Of a DNA stretch of 64,000 nt, positions 43,746 to 60,966 are shown piece after piece. The notes beneath the pieces were generated by a model. It made no database searches. It saw nothing but the letters and a program-made list of their open reading frames with translations, and was not told the DNA's origin. Source of the stretch: Eledone cirrhosa (Eukaryota); the NCBI GenBank assembly GCA_964016885.1, contig OZ024754.1, forward strand, positions 27,094,001 to 27,158,000, in the 5' to 3' direction. The position numbers and the translations under genes were made by a program. Within the stretch, counting starts at the first letter, position 1, and the number at the start of each line of letters is the position of its first letter.

Positions 43746-46700
43746 GTTGTTTATCAACGTCTAAACTTTTAAGAGGCGGTAAATAGCCAATGTCGTTAGA
43801 ACATCAGATAGAATGTTTTGCAATTTTCTTTCAAATTCCGCTGTTGTCAACTATGCCTCTCATCCAGTTAAATTCTATAAAAAAATGTACCAGCCAAATA
43901 TTGAGGTCGATTCTTCCTCTTACACTTCTCTGGAAAAAATCTGTTTAAAAATGCTCCAGAAAGGTCGTATGCCAATATGACGCTCCTACGATTTTCTCGG
44001 GAGTTAAGGGTCGAGACATACATAGTGTTTAATCCTCCGTTCTGTTATATATTTTAGTTAATAGCTTAATTTCGTTATTTTAACAAGGATACATTTGTTT
44101 CTAGTCTCATCTTTTTCTGTTATATCCTGAATATTTCTGTGTCATCTTCACCTCGTCACCCATTCATAATACCACCCTGGATATCTTCTTCTGCCTTTAT
44201 CTTGTCTCCTCTCAGTACACCACCAGATTATCGTAGCTTCAAATATTTGTGTCATCCATTCATAAATCTATCCATTCATAAATCTATCTTCTTCTGCACT
44301 CAACTCCTCTTAGTACAACACTACAACATCGTAAGTTCAAATATTTGTGTCATCTACATAACCCATTCATACACTTGTGATTGCTGCTGCCGCCACCGTT
44401 GCTGCATTGAGCTTATCTTCCTTTGTTTCAACACATATATCATCATAGGTCCAACCGTAAACATGTGTATATATGGATCCATAACTCCCCGTGGCGTCGT
44501 AGAGGCGCAGGTCGTAAAGGATTAGTTTGATTCTCGGTGGACGGTTGCTTTGTCGAGACACCTACACGACCACTGAATCTACCTGAAATTAGGTTAAGGG
44601 TACACATGTTTGTGGAACACATATCAAAATGCACTTTAATTTCACGTACTGTGTGCTGATTGGCCAAACACCCGTTGTCGGAACTGACGTAGATCAAACC
44701 TATTTAAAACAGGATAGAACTTGACTGGATATCATAGCATATTTTATGAAGAGCGCAATCATGTGTCTTGGAATTCCATCGGTTCTGTCAACGAATGTTC
44801 CAGTTGATTCTATCAACCGAACAGCTTGCTCGTGTAACTGTCGAGAAAGTAGCTAGACACCGGTTCGTGTACTATTAACGTAGTTCTGCGGATCATTCGT
44901 CCTTTCAAAATATGTGACAAGGCCGACGTTTTCAATTACCAGTACAACTCATTTTCCCCATCCGAGTAGAATGGAGCTACATCATGTAAAATGTATTTCC
45001 TCAAAGACACGACGCGACAGCTTGCCCGGTAATCCAACTCACGCTCTTTACGATAGCGAGCCGAACACTCTAACCAATAAGACAGGCGTCTTCACTAAAA
45101 TGAGATATATTACTGCTTCATTGAACAGTGCTTTAATTTAATAATTCTGTGATACCCACTGATTTGAATATCACACAATTACTAATGTCAGAAGCAGTCA
45201 GAATCAACGATGGAAAAAGAACAGCAATATTTCTTTTTTTCTTTTTTTTTTGAGAAACCTTTAGTTGATTTTCAGAGTGAAACCCATTTGGATTGTTTTC
45301 GTTTTGTTCTGTATTTATTACAACTGCTGACAGGGCATCATCTATTGTTGTTGATGATGATGATTGTAATGATGGTGATTGTGGTGATGGTGACGATTGT
45401 CTTGATGATGTTGGTAGTGTTCATGGTGTTGATGATACTGCTGATGGTGGTAATGTTGATGTTGATGATGTTTAAGATAATATTGATGATGGTGGGGATT
45501 ATGATGTGGAATATGGTGAGGATGATGATCAGTTTGATGGTGGAATGATTGAGTTTATAATTGTATTGATTATGATGATTGTGGTTATAATAGTTATGAT
45601 AGAGATGATGATGAAGAATCTCATTTAAATGAAGATGTGATTGAAATGCAATTTTATTTTAATAAGTTTTGTAATACATATTTTGCTTGTTTGTTTTCTC
45701 CACTGAAATTCACGGCTAGTGGATCCCCGAGAAAAAAAATCAAGGCAGATTTATCGATCTTGTTCATATTTGTCCATGTGTAAATTCAATCGATGTTTCA
45801 AGAGGGTATTTTAAAGTGGAAAAGCTGATCATCATCTTAAATCTAAGAGAAATAATAAATCAGATTAATTTTTTTAAGGATTATACAATCAGGATGTTGA
45901 AACCACTTCAATAAAACAGCAGTCGTATTAAAATATTCAACAAAGGTCATTTAAATGACATTGAATTAAGTTAATAAGGTGAAACTGACCAAGTATGAAA
46001 AATACATCAGAATTCTGAATACAGAAATAACATCCGATTGATTGTGAAGGCACCTGGTCTAGCGTTAGCGTGTTAAAGTCTTGATTATAAGATCATGTGA
46101 GAAAGAAGGTTCATTCTACGCTGTTTTTCATGATAGGACTGGGGCCCTTATCATTAGACCACCCGAGGAACTTCCTGCAATAAGTACTCTTGTCTGAGGC
46201 CAACTATGCGTAGATGGGTCTGAGTTGTAACAACATAATGTGACTGGGGCCCCTATCATTAAAATAGTCGAGAAACCTCTTGTAACAACAGGATATGACT
46301 GGGGTCCCTATCATTAAAACAATTGAGAAACCTTCTATAAGATTCACTCACGTATGAAGCCTCATAAACTTATATATGTGCGAGCTGTATCATTTAATTT
46401 TATTTCATTTTCTACCACATTAATGCCTACGAAAACAGGCGAGAAAATTGAGGAGAAGAGGGCGAGAAAAATACATTATATTAACCCCGGTCTTTGACGG
46501 GTGGATTATGTTATCGGACCCGAACAGATAAATATCAAATTCAAAGTCAACACATCTAAGGAATTTAAAGTCAAGACGTAGCTAGCCATGAACAAAAATT
46601 CCAAATAGTAATAATTTCTAACATAGGCACAAGGCCAGACACACACCCTAAGTATTTGACTGGTACTTTATTTTATTGGTTGTTCTGGAAGGTAGAAATG

Positions 46701-47636
46701 CCAAGTCGACCGTGATAGGATTTGAACTCATATCATGAAAAGAAAGACCAAATAACATAACACATTTTCTGCGATGCTCTAGCCGCTTTACTCACTCACC
46801 GAACTTTATTACCACAATAATAAGGAAAATTATATATGGAAATTAATTTCATAATATAGAAATAGAAACGCCTTATTTAATTCCTTACACAAGTTTCTAT
46901 TGCAGTCTAACATAAGTTATACCCTGAGCAATTACCCACAATTATATCCTCTCTCCCTAATTTCAGTGCGTATGATGTAGAAATTGTGACATACATGATG
47001 AAAGTATGCTGCAGGCAATTGGTGCTGAAATAATCTAAAAGATTAGAATCAATTAACTGAAAATATGTCAAACGTATATTTAGAATTCGATATAATGGCC
47101 ATGTCTTTCAAATATACGCCTATATTCAACAGCCTTTTCTTTTCGTTGAAGCAGAATATTATTGTCTATTGTATTATTATCGATTAGACCATATAGACGT
47201 TGTATCAACAAGGTTAAAAATTACTATGGCTATTAAGATTGAATAATCCCATCTGACGTAACATGTAATTTCCTCTGTACCACTGAAAGAGCAAATAAGA
47301 CATTGATGTATGGGTCTTGCGTCGGTTTCGACGCCGAACATCCAGTTGTTCAATCAATTAAACTTTCAACTTATGAATTAACACGTATTAACTGGTATTA
47401 ACAGTTGAGTATTCCAGACACGTACACCCAATCAGCGTGATACAATATGTGACAAGGATGGTTCTGTGATTCACAAGCAAAACTCACCTAGCGGACTTCA
47501 AAGCATTTTCCGTCGACCAAATTTGATTAGCAAGACATGGGTCTACCTGAGGTTATGGCGCAGACCCTTGGTCAAGATATCAGGCAGTTGTGGCAAAGTA
47601 AACTATGTCACCACATAACCATGCCTGTTCCTCTCT

Positions 47637-47672
<36 letters not shown>

Positions 47673-47680
<8 letters not shown>

Positions 47681-47891
47681 TAAAATAACAGATTAAAGTT
47701 TAAACAAAGAATCGCTGCTTTCACCCTTAACGGGATCTTCCGAAAGAGTTTCAGAAGATCCCGTTAAGGGTGAAAGCAGCGACTCTTTGATAACTTTAAT
47801 CTGTTATTTTAATAAATATTTGCTCTACGGTTCTTATATATTTGATATATATTTATTCTTATCGAGCCCTCTTTGGATTTTAGTCTTCAAG

Positions 47892-47900
<9 letters not shown>
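47673..47900 (+). mobile_element. Fold-back element (arms 47673-47819) plus tail; internally deleted sister at 58088-58255
   Basis: Palindrome centred near 47746, in (TA)n, with a CAGAAGA-tccc-gttaa-ggg-t-GAAA hammerhead-like motif. Confidence 0.75.
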
Positions 47901-47951
<51 letters not shown>

Positions 47952-48189
47952 ATATATATATATATGTGTTTTTATAACGAAGGAAATGTGGTAAGGAACC
48001 AGGTGGACCATAACGCACCAAAGTACTCAATACTTAGGGTAGTAGAGTGGGTAATAGGAACGTTTCTTAGAAGGTTCTAAACCCCACTATCTGGCCAAAT
48101 ATTTCTTTAGTGAAAAATACGGTGACAGTTTCTATTTCTATTTTCAAACTCGTTCGCTGTTTCAAAAACATACTTATCCTATATATATA

Positions 48190-49435
48190 TCTATATATAT
48201 AAAACGAAAGATGTCTGTCTGTGTGTGTATATGATGTTTATGCATTTCCACATTTCTATACCGATTTTGATGATCTTTTTTCCAATGTGCTCCAAATTTA
48301 CCAACGATGGTCAACGCGTAATAAACTTTGCTAAAAATGTCCTGCTTCTATGAAAAAAATCGATAAAACTAAATACATGTTGTAACCCTCTCTCTTACAT
48401 GCTTATTCACTCTCTCTACTACCCAACAGCGACAAAACTTCGTTCAGGAACGCGACATAAACTTTGAAAACTAAGCAACACATTATTTTATACAACAACA
48501 AACATAGTCTTAGCGCTCTATCTGTCGCTTTTCACTCTCTCTATAATAGATCATTCCCCCTCTCTATAATTTAACTGCTTTACTCTCTCTGTCGATCTTC
48601 ACTCTCTATATGACAACACTGTTTTACATACCTCCCTATAGTTTCTTAGCTGTACTCTCTCCATCGCTCTTCCCTCTCTCTATAATAGATTATTCCCCCT
48701 CGCTATAATTTAGCTGCTGGGAAAGTCATTGGAGTTCCGTATTAACATACGGCTTTTCTGGGGTATTTTAAATCGGCTTATTACAAATAACAACCCGCAA
48801 AATAACACTTCAAATAACAGATTAATGCTATAGACATATGAATCGGAATGTTCAAATTATTTATTTTTTACGACTTTCATTGGTTAAATATTAATATGAC
48901 AACACCGATAGTGTTGTACTTCTGGCAATTCTGCCAAATACACTGCCAAGGATGAACCTTTTCCCCTCAGCGTCAGATATCCCATTCGATTTCCGGCGAT
49001 CCCAATTCCCGGTGAGACCATGTTTTGCCATGTCAGTCCATCAACAAGTCACAAGGGCAAATATTGTCGGTGGCGGGCATCCATTTCGGGGAGCCATGCT
49101 TCTCCCATGGCCAACTTTATGTTGCCTGTTCCCGCGTAGGGAGCAGGAATGGACTTTTTGCTTACCCTCCTCAAGGGATGACATGCAATATCATCTACAA
49201 AGAGGTGCTATAGATGTTGGTGCAGATGTTGGAGGTGTTGGAGTTATGCCGTCTGGAAAACTATTTCCTGGTAGGGTCATCCATGGCAGACAGATCTGAC
49301 ACCCAGCGGCATCAGGGCCACCATCGTGCATAAAGCACTTAATTGATAAGCTTATTCGCTTTCAAGCCACGTTTACCTGTATGTAACTTTTCATAGCAAA
49401 TGAACAAACCCGAGCAACGCCGGGCTAAACTGCTA

Positions 49436-49436
<1 letters not shown>
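48190..49436 (+). mobile_element. Non-autonomous Helitron retaining the PIF1-like helicase C-terminus
   Basis: 5' TC start; frameshifted [22 protein letters not shown]...[14 protein letters not shown]...NIIYKEVL* at about 48945-49213; 3' hairpin CCCG-x8-CGGG then CTAG. Confidence 0.88.
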
Positions 49437-49511
<75 letters not shown>

Positions 49512-50679
49512 GTGTGTCTCTCCCTCTCTGTATGCGTGAGTGGATATGAGTGTGTAATTATATTAGTTGGATGCTGTTGCGTCTTTATGTAAGTGAGCGT
49601 CCATGAGTCTCCCTTATATATATATTGTATGAGCTCTATCGTTCTTACAATTATTTTTAGTTTATTTATATCACTTTCAATTCGTTTATATTTATTTCTA
49701 TGTCACCACCAATCTCTCTCCCGCCACCCATCTCTGTGTGTGTACATGTTTACTCACCAGCGTGTCTATCTATAAACACGCACACACATACGCACACACA
49801 CACAGATGGGCACAGACAGACACGCATATATATATATATCTAAACATATAAGCTTTCACACAAATACATTTATATACAAACTGTTTATTTTGGTGTTCTT
49901 ACAGTAGGTAATGGTATAACAATGAACTAACTGTAAAACAAATTTCCAGTTTTATATCGTTAAGATATATTCTCCCCACATAAAGATCGAAACTCCGATG
50001 ACATGGCACAAACAGCCAACATTTCTAAAGTTAGATATTCTTTTTAAACAGCTTGGATCTTCGTTTTGTGCCATAATTACACTCTTTCCTATATGCAGTT
50101 ATTTGCAGATACTAACGAAATAAAAATCATTCGTTTTAGTAAAACTTCAGCCGTCTCTAAGGCGACATCACGGTTTTCTTTAAATCTTGTTTACAATTAA
50201 TTATGGAGTCAAAATACTAAACAAACTACGGTGATTATGTTACATAAGCTTCTTAGAATTGATCAAAGGAAGTGATTGTTTGTGAACAGCAAAACTAGCC
50301 CCGAGCATTCTCTTCTATACAGAATGTAGGTCTATGTTTATCTAACTAATTGGCTGTCGAAACGCTGAATCTTCTAATACATAGACACAAATTTACAACT
50401 TTTTGCTATATACAAAGTTGTACAGACTTTATTCTATTCAATTACTTCATTAAACAATGCTTATTTTTAAATCAACACATTTTTCCTTAAGAAGGAAGGG
50501 AGTAGATTCTAAATTTACTGCGTATTATTGTAAATAACAATGCTTTTGATATGTTTCCGATGCTTTGAAAGAAAAGAAATGAAATTGTGTAGCTTAGTGT
50601 GACTCGGGTTAAAACTCTGAGAGATATGACAATGGTTACTGTGTAGTATGAGTTGTCTTTTATTTACAAAATTCATGCA

Positions 50680-52199
50680 GAACCGTCTTAACAGCATTAG
50701 AGGCTCCCGGGATGGTCCCAGTTTTCAAAAAGAGAAACAAGTCCCTTGCAGTCAACTACCGATTTCACCCACCTCTCATATCATCAAAGTATTTGAGAGG
50801 GGGGTGAGATCACGAATATCCCACTTTCTTGAAAGCAACAGACTGCTGAACTCCAACCAACATGGGTTCCGTAATGGAATGGACTGTCAACGCAGCCCCT
50901 GCATCACTTTGATGATATTTTGAGAGCTTTAGGAGAGGGCTCCAACACTGATATGATCTATCTTGATTTCAGCAAGGCTTTGACAGGGTTGATCACAAGA
51001 TTCTATTGAAAAAACTATCCAATATTGGTGTCTCTGGAAATTTACTACAGTGGATCAAGTGTTTCCTGACAGACAGAGCCCAACATGTTGTAGTCGAAAG
51101 AGTAAAATCCAGCCCAGCCAAAGTCGGTAGTGGTGTCCCACAAGACACTGTGTTAGGCCCACTTCTTTTCATTATCTCTATTAAAGACATTACTGACATC
51201 ATCAAGCACAGTACTATAACAATCTTCGCAGATGATTCCAAACTCCAGAAGGTCATCAATGAAATGGGTGACCGGACTTGCCTTCAGTCAGACCTACTGG
51301 CGGTTATCCAATGGGAGGAAAAGAACAATATGCTGCTGAACGAGGATAAATTTGAGTTAATCCACTTTGGAAAAGAGGATGTCCTGAAACTTCCATACTC
51401 TCTTCCTTCAGGTGAAACACTCGTGGCATCCAACAACATCAGAAATTTGGGAGTAATTGTAGACAACAACATAAGCTGGGCCACACATATAAACAGCAAA
51501 GTTGACATGACCCGCAGAATGTGTTCCTGGATTCTCAGAACCTTTCAGTCGAGCGATATCCACACCATTATCCTTCTCTTCTCCACTTTTGCCCGACCCC
51601 ACTTTGAATACTGTTGTCCACTATGGTCTCCCCACACGAAACAAAGTATCGTGAAAGTTGAAGCACCTCAAAAGTCAATTACAAAAAGGATAAATGATAT
51701 GGCAGGCCTTGACTATTGGAGTTGACTAGAAAAGATCAAGCATTATTCTCTCCAACGGCAACGTGAGTGCTACATTATCTGCATGATGTGGAAAATATTC
51801 CATCAGTATTTCCAAAATGATGTTGACATCACCTTTAAGGTTCACTGAAAGCTTGGGTCCTGTGCTATCCGCCCACGACAAAAATACACTCGCATCTCAT
51901 AACAACAGTATGGCACAATTATTTCACCTCAATTGGCCGCGCTCTCTTTAACATTACACTAAAACACATTAAAAAGAAAATAGACCCCATAAGTTCAAGA
52001 AGTTTTTGGACAAATTCCTTTAAAAAATCCAGGATAAACCTCCCGGATATGTCTCCGTAAACAATAACTCTCTACTTGAGTGGGCCATGGTGTCCAAATC
52101 CTGGTTTGAAAGACGTCGCCAGGTGGTGCTATTAAGTTAGACATGGCCTGGGCCAATACTGGCCGAAACCTATCAAAGTTATCAAAATTATCAAAGTTA
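50680..52199 (+). mobile_element. 5'-truncated CR1/Jockey-group LINE (RT), degenerate
   Basis: QHGFR, IYLDFSKA, SGVPQ(G>D)TVLGPLLF, FADD, NLGV and EYCCPLWSP; tail (TATCAAAGT)x3. Confidence 0.9.
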
Positions 52200-52211
52200 T
52201 ACACACACATC

Positions 52212-52295
<84 letters not shown>

Positions 52296-52450
52296 TATAT
52301 ACACATAAATATGTATATACATATAAACATATATACATATTTACAAATATATATATACATATATATATATACACACACATATATATATATTTATACTCAC
52401 ATACACACATATATATATATACACATATATATCTATATATATATATATAT

Positions 52451-52772
<322 letters not shown>

Positions 52773-53477
52773 AATATCAGATTTCTGATCGGCTGGCTAC
52801 CTGGCAAGATGAATGATAGATATAATAGTTGTGAAACAATGCCTTTAAAGTAGAATGGGTGACATGTTGAATTATTTCTAAGGTTTCCCTTAATCAGGTG
52901 TTTGTATAAATAGATGATTGTATTCTTTCCTTTGAAAGTTTAGCGATGTCATTCTCATTCTTCAAATTATATGTATTGTACAAATTCAGAGGGAAACAAT
53001 GACAAACGTATTGCTGCTTCTTTTCATATTCAAGCCACGTCCTCGTGAAATTTGCCTTTCAGCAACGTTTTCAATCGCAATACAAACGCTCACTAATTAA
53101 AATTGAATATTAATTACATAAGCCTCGGTGAATTGGCAGAATCGTTAGAACGTTTTCATTGAACGATACTGTAGTATTGGTTCTGTCTCTCTGGACTCTG
53201 AGTTCCAATCTCGACGAGATCAATTTTTCTTTAGAGATCTATAAAAAAGTACGAGTCTAACGCTGGGGCCGTTTCTTAATCTATATCTCTTTCTCACTTC
53301 TCTATACTATTCCTTTTCTCTTTCTCTGGAAGATATCGGTTATGTTCAGATGTGGAGAGGAGACGGGCTCCGCCAGATTAAACACAAAGTGTCCAAGAAT
53401 CGCTGCATGATACTACTTTGCCCCTATAACTCAACTAAGAGTTATCGGTTAATAAATACTAACATTAATTACAACGG

Positions 53478-53758
53478 TCTGAGTTCAAATCCCGCCGAGG
53501 TTGACTTTGCCTTTTATCCTTATGGGGTCGATAAAATAAAGTACCAGTAATGCACTGGGTAATTGCTGGCCTTGTGCCTAAAGTAGAAACAATTAATTAC
53601 ATAAAACTAGAGTTACGCCCCTTTATAGTCTGAGTTCAAATCCTGCCGAGGTTACCTTTGCCTTTCATCCTTATGGGGTCGATAAAATAAAGTACCAGTA
53701 ATGTACTGGTATAATTGCTGGCCTTGCGCCAAAAGTAGAAACAATTAATTACATAAAA
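53478..53758 (+). mobile_element. Two tandem tRNA-like SINE copies
   Basis: Direct repeats of the TCTGAGTTCAAATCC...GTAGAAACAATT unit. Confidence 0.8.
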
Positions 53759-53963
53759 CTCATCCATTCATCTATATTCTGCAGTGCAACACTGTCTAGT
53801 TAAGTCTTGTTGTTTAGTAATTGGGTAGTTATTTCCATTACCGGAGCGGGTGGCGCATTGAGTCATTGAGCAAGAAACTTTAATTCTGCTAGTCCATCCG
53901 AGGTCACAGCGTTTGACAAACAAGTCAATGTGTTGCCTGTAGAGTTAAAGACAAGACAAAACA

Positions 53964-53996
<33 letters not shown>

Positions 53997-54933
53997 TGTA
54001 TGTATGTATGTATGTATGTATGTATGTATGTATGTATGTATGTATGCATGTATGTATCCACGGCCAAATATATGTATCTACCGGATCAAATCTCATTCTT
54101 ATTGGTAAAACTATTTTGTTGATGACATATTTAAACTATGCTTGATGTCTTATTCTAACAGAGTGTCTGCCATTAAAAAAAAAAAATCATATATCTGACT
54201 TTTCTGTACCAAACCAATTGAAAAAAATCTTTAACTTTAATATAAAAATCTGTTCCTGAAGACCTTCCCATTCCTGAAATGAAACACCCAACAGTAGAAA
54301 TAAAACTGATGTAGTAAAACGTTGGAAATATGACAAGGTAAAGAAAATGAAGACAGCTGTTACTGAGAGCTGTAATTGAGATGTCAAAGACGATACGAAA
54401 GGGAGAATAACTGGCTGAATTGTACGTTGATGGTTGTGAACAATGGACTATATACATATATATATATATATATATTTAGGAAAGTAGGAAATTGCTTATT
54501 GTAATCCAGTTTCTTGGACGGTTTCAACGTACGTCTAGGGGTAACTCCACAAGTTTGTAAGAATGTGGTTAGTTAATCACGTTCAATCTTGGAGTATAAA
54601 GAATAAAAGAAAAAAACACAGGTAAGCATTAAAAAAAAGGATTTTATCCAGGTATTTACGACCGTTTCATTGGTAAGCGCAACCTTATATCGCTATACTG
54701 CAAATAGCATCCACTCGATAATAATTGTTATTCACCTCAAAATTTTCGTACTTGTAAAAGGTTCTTAATATATAAAAAAACATTTTTGGGGGAATCGTAT
54801 TTACTAGTATAGAGAAAAAGGAAAGGGGAGAAGAATTGGGAAGTAGAGGGACAAACGGAGATGGAGGGAGGGGTAAAGGTGGAAGGATTCCTCGATCAGT
54901 TTTGATTCGTAGACTTCATGTCGTCAATTTACA

Positions 54934-56331
<1,398 letters not shown>

Positions 56332-56351
56332 TGTGTGAGTGTGTGTGTGTA

Positions 56352-56382
<31 letters not shown>

Positions 56383-56562
56383 AAACACTCCCCTCACACC
56401 CTCACACACATAAATATATATATATAATTTTGGCAAGGTTGAACATCTATTGAAATAGATCAAGAGGCGTGATGTGCAATACTGGAATAAGTTACGCCCA
56501 CACATATGCTACTCACACAAAACCAGATATTCTCTGCCTTAGTTCAATATATATATATATAT

Positions 56563-56611
<49 letters not shown>

Positions 56612-57308
56612 TATACATATATATATAACACATATACTTAGGTTATTTTTCTCTAAAGATTGATAGAAAGCTACCGTCATACATACATATATACATATAT
56701 ACATGCATACATACATATATATATTGATTTTAGTTGATCCAAAGTTCATCTTTTATTCGGTCTTTTCTTCTATGAATTTTCAATTCTAAGTTCTTTCTAT
56801 TTGGAAGAGAGGTGGAGAAGGGGGTTGAGATGGTGGACCTCTCTCTTGGTGGGGGAGAAATGGTTATAGAAAGGAAAAAGATGAGGCGATGTAGGAGTAG
56901 TAGTAAATTTTTTTTTTAATTAACAAAGCGTAAAACTAAAAACACTTTTAGTAAAACTTTTTAGAATTAACATTTCTATTTTACATCTACCTTTCTCCAT
57001 TCTCTATCTTACTTAATGCAGCTATTTCTCTGCTAGTGGGTGACTTCATTGATTACTTATTTTTTACTATTTTTACCTGGTTATATTTTAACATTCATCA
57101 CTAGCAAAATATTCTTGCAAAACTAAAAAAAATATATCATATGAATGAATTAAGTAAAAATGAAAAAGGATAATATATATAAATTTATTTTACCCCAAGA
57201 CAGAAAATATGCTATTATAGATAGGATCAATATTTTCAATAATTTGATTCCATGCTCACTTTTTCTACACATCCACAAATATACATACATACACATATAC
57301 ATACATGC

Positions 57309-57419
<111 letters not shown>

Positions 57420-58250
57420 TCTGTCTGTCTCTGTGAGTGTCTGTCTGTGTGTGTGTGTGTGTATAGTCGCTTGTATGTAAATATGTAGGTTGATATACAC
57501 GCCTCACTCTCTCTGTGTACATATATATCGCCTTAAGAATAATTCCTACACTTTTCTTTTATATAGCAATTGATGAACGCATATTCTTTAAATTTCCTTA
57601 TATATTATATGCATTGACTCACGCTCACTAACTCGCACATATACACATATTCATGCACACATATTGATCCACACACAAATACACACACACCAACAGATTT
57701 TATCAGACTCACTTTACTTGTTCCCCGTCCTATACGTCTCCCGAGCCTATTTTATCTTTCAGTCATGTCATTGCACACTTAGTTTCCAGTTTACTTCCCA
57801 GATTATATACATCTCCATATATTTCCTCTTGGTCTTATGTTCAGACATGTTTATTTTATGTTTTAGATCAATATTGTTCCAAGACCTTTTGTTTTTGTTT
57901 TTGTTATATATTTTCCCTGCAATGATAAACAGTTGTTCAAGATTGTTGCACACCGAGATGAGCAGTCTTGTTCGTAAGCGTGCGAAACAATGATGAAATC
58001 TAATAAGATAGCTGATGTTGAGAGGCTCTGTGTTTCCTTTTTCACCATCTGCCCCCGAATGTGTGTCATTTTTGAAATATATATATATATTTATTAAAAT
58101 AACAGATTAAAGTTTAATCAAAGAATCGCTGCTTTTACCCTTAACGGGATCTTCTGAAAATAAATATTTGCTCTACGGTTCTTACATATTTGATATATAT
58201 TTATCCTTATCGAGCCCTCTTTGGATTTTAGTCTTCAAATTTATTATTAT

Positions 58251-58309
<59 letters not shown>

Positions 58310-58389
58310 TGTATATATATAAGTAGTTCCATAATAGTTAATACGCCATTTCCGAGAACAATTTGTTTCACCTCAAACGGATTATCAGC

Positions 58390-58512
58390 TTGGTTTATGA
58401 CTTCTACAGAACTAGAACTGTTTCATTCGAAAGAAATCATCAGGCTTTCCTGTATATACATAAACTTTGTATATACTCTACTTACTGTGGTTACCCCCGA
58501 ATGAACCCGTGA
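58390..58512. mobile_element. Deleted relative of the 52451 element with one hammerhead core (-)
   Basis: Reverse complement CTGATGA-tttc-ttc-gaat-GAAAC-ag...ct-GTA at 58405-58443; tail matches 52625-52660. Confidence 0.7.
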
Positions 58513-60449
58513 GTCACTCTCTCACTCTCTCACACACATTTGGTGGTTGATCTACTTGTGGCGTACGAATGTACTGTATATATATGTGTGTGTGTGTGTC
58601 TGTATGTGTATGTGTGTGTATGTGTATGTGCGTGTATGTGTATGTGTATGTGTGTGTATGTGTGTGTGTGTGTGAGTTTGTATCTGTGAATTTGTGTGTG
58701 TGTGTACGTTAGTTTGTGGTACGTTCCGATATTCGTACATATGCAGTTATGTGTATTATGTATATCACAACAGTTCAAATGTTTGCTTTATATAGTATTT
58801 TCCTGACAGTTTGAGAGAAAAAAAACAAAAAACAAAAACAAACAAAAAAACATAAAAAGTTTGCTTAAAATTTATTTTTCAAATATATATTTATTTCAAT
58901 ACGTTATTCCTAAAGTATTTTCTACAATAAAAAAAAAAAAAAAAAAAAAAAAAATAATAGATAAAAATCGAAAAAGTTAATGGATCTTTTGTTTTGTCTT
59001 GAACGTTCAAAAATTCTTCTGTCTCTCCACTATTTAAATATTCTGCACTAACATGATTTAACCCATTCTATTTTAGATACTTAGTCTTCTAAATTATCAG
59101 AGCGTGCTGATAAATGTTGTGCAGTATTTTGCTGCAATAAACGCTAGAACGGTTGCTACATTTAATAGTTTCTGATAAATTGAATCTTCAGACAACCATT
59201 CTAACTCTAATACTATAGAAACCATACTGCCTGAAACAGTCACTGCTTCTAGGATTCACATAATATTTGCCGATGCTTATATTTATCTAAAAACATTTCA
59301 ACATAATGTTATGTAAGAACGTTTAATAAAACCAGTAAAACTGTCTAACTCTCAGAAGAGTTAGACAGCAGAAGGTCTTCAGAGAAGAATCCCCATTCAA
59401 TTGAGTGTTTCAGGCCTAAACCTTTTGCACTCTAAGGGGGCTGGGTCGCATCCAGGTGATGATTCCTTGGTGCCCTTTTGCTGACATTTAGCCGTTCAGA
59501 TATCGGAGACTTGCTGTGTTTTAAAACCGTATAGCAAGTCACTAAATGTAACAATCTTGAATAACACCAACACAAAAAAAAAGGAGAAAGTCATTTATAT
59601 AGCGAAATGACTCCAAATTCCTGATTATTCTCAAAATGATTTGAAAATCGTTGTCAGTGTTTTTCGTGAGAATTATAGTGATGCTGTTTTGTTCTTGAAT
59701 ATTATAATGATCATGAAGAAACACTGCGTCGTGGTTATGGTGTTTGGATCATGACGTGTAGTCGTGAGTTCGATTCTCAAGCACTGCTCTGAATCGTGAG
59801 TTCGATTATTTTGCACTGCTCTGAATCACCCAGCTGGTGAAAATAAATTACTCCTGTATCACTCTGAATCTTCATGAGGACTATCTTTAGAGTACACGTG
59901 TCTGTGGATTTCTCAATAGGTTTCACGTTAATTTTACCAGTAGATTGTTGAATGGGTCAAACAACTGGAACACTAATGATACCAGCGAAAGTCAAACAGA
60001 TACAAATAAGGTAAAATTCCGTTATAACGAATACCATTATACTGAATTTTTAAATATAACGACATTTCTTCAATCCCCGAGATAATAACAAACAAACGCT
60101 ACTTTTGTTTCGCTCGATTTCGTTATAACGAATTTTTCTTTACAACGAATGTTTTTATACCCGTGAATTTCGTTATAAAGTAAAAAAACTAAAAAAAGCA
60201 AACGGAATGGGACAAGGGCAAACACTTACAATGTTGGCTGCACGCTATATCGCAGCTACTGCACTCCGTGTACAAGATGGCGAAAGTGTTGTAGCGGACA
60301 ATAATAAGCGATAATTGCTGAATCAGTCATTCCATTTCGTGAGGTTTCTTCCTTCTCAAAGCGAGAGACATTCGAAATGTGAAGCTTCATATGATTAAAA
60401 TCTACAATAAAATACTCAATTCCAAACACATCGCACTAGTTTGCTCACA

Positions 60450-60760
60450 TTCGAGGTTGACTTTGCCTTTCATCATTACTGGGTCGATAAAATAAAGTAC
60501 CAGTAATGTACTGGGTAATTGCTGGCCTTGTGCCTAAAGTAGAAACAATTAATTATATATATGGCGGTGACTTGGCAGTATCGGTAGAGGGTCGGATGCC
60601 ATGCTTTGACGCATTGAGTTACGGCCGTTGACATTCTGAGTTCAAATCCCGCCGAGGTTGACTTTGCCTTTCATCATTACGGGGTCGATGAAATAAAGTA
60701 CCAGTAATGTACTGGGTAATTGCTGGCCTTGTGCCAATAGTAGAAACAATTAATTATATA
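60450..60760 (+). mobile_element. Two tandem tRNA-like SINE copies (second is full length)
   Basis: GGCGGTGACTTGGCAGTATCGG...GAGTTCAAATCCC...; same family as 35150. Confidence 0.8.
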
Positions 60761-60966
60761 TATTCACTGACGTTCAGAAAATGAAATTCAGCCGTCACAT
60801 CGTTCAAGTCTCACCATAAAGTGCTGAATTGTTAGCATTTAAACGTTGCTCACATTCATGTTGTTACATTTATAATATACACAAATATCTGCTCTTGACC
60901 TAACTGCGTGAGGAAGAAAGAATATATATATATATATGTAAGTATTTATTTATTTATATATATATA

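Noticed and set aside
45210-45620. Hydrophobic Met/Val-rich or Asp-rich ORF
   Set aside because: Degenerate (GAT/GGT)n microsatellite.
48945-49213. Host PIF1 helicase gene
   Set aside because: Frameshifted C-terminal fragment lying between Helitron termini.
54640-54750. Minus-strand hammerhead (GAAAC-ggtc-GTA)
   Set aside because: No convincing CTGANGA or stem I partner; the same applies to about 37405-37485.
60010-60180. Repeated CGTTATAACG palindromes as a regulatory array
   Set aside because: More likely the subterminal repeats of a decayed DNA transposon or MITE; no matching second end was found.
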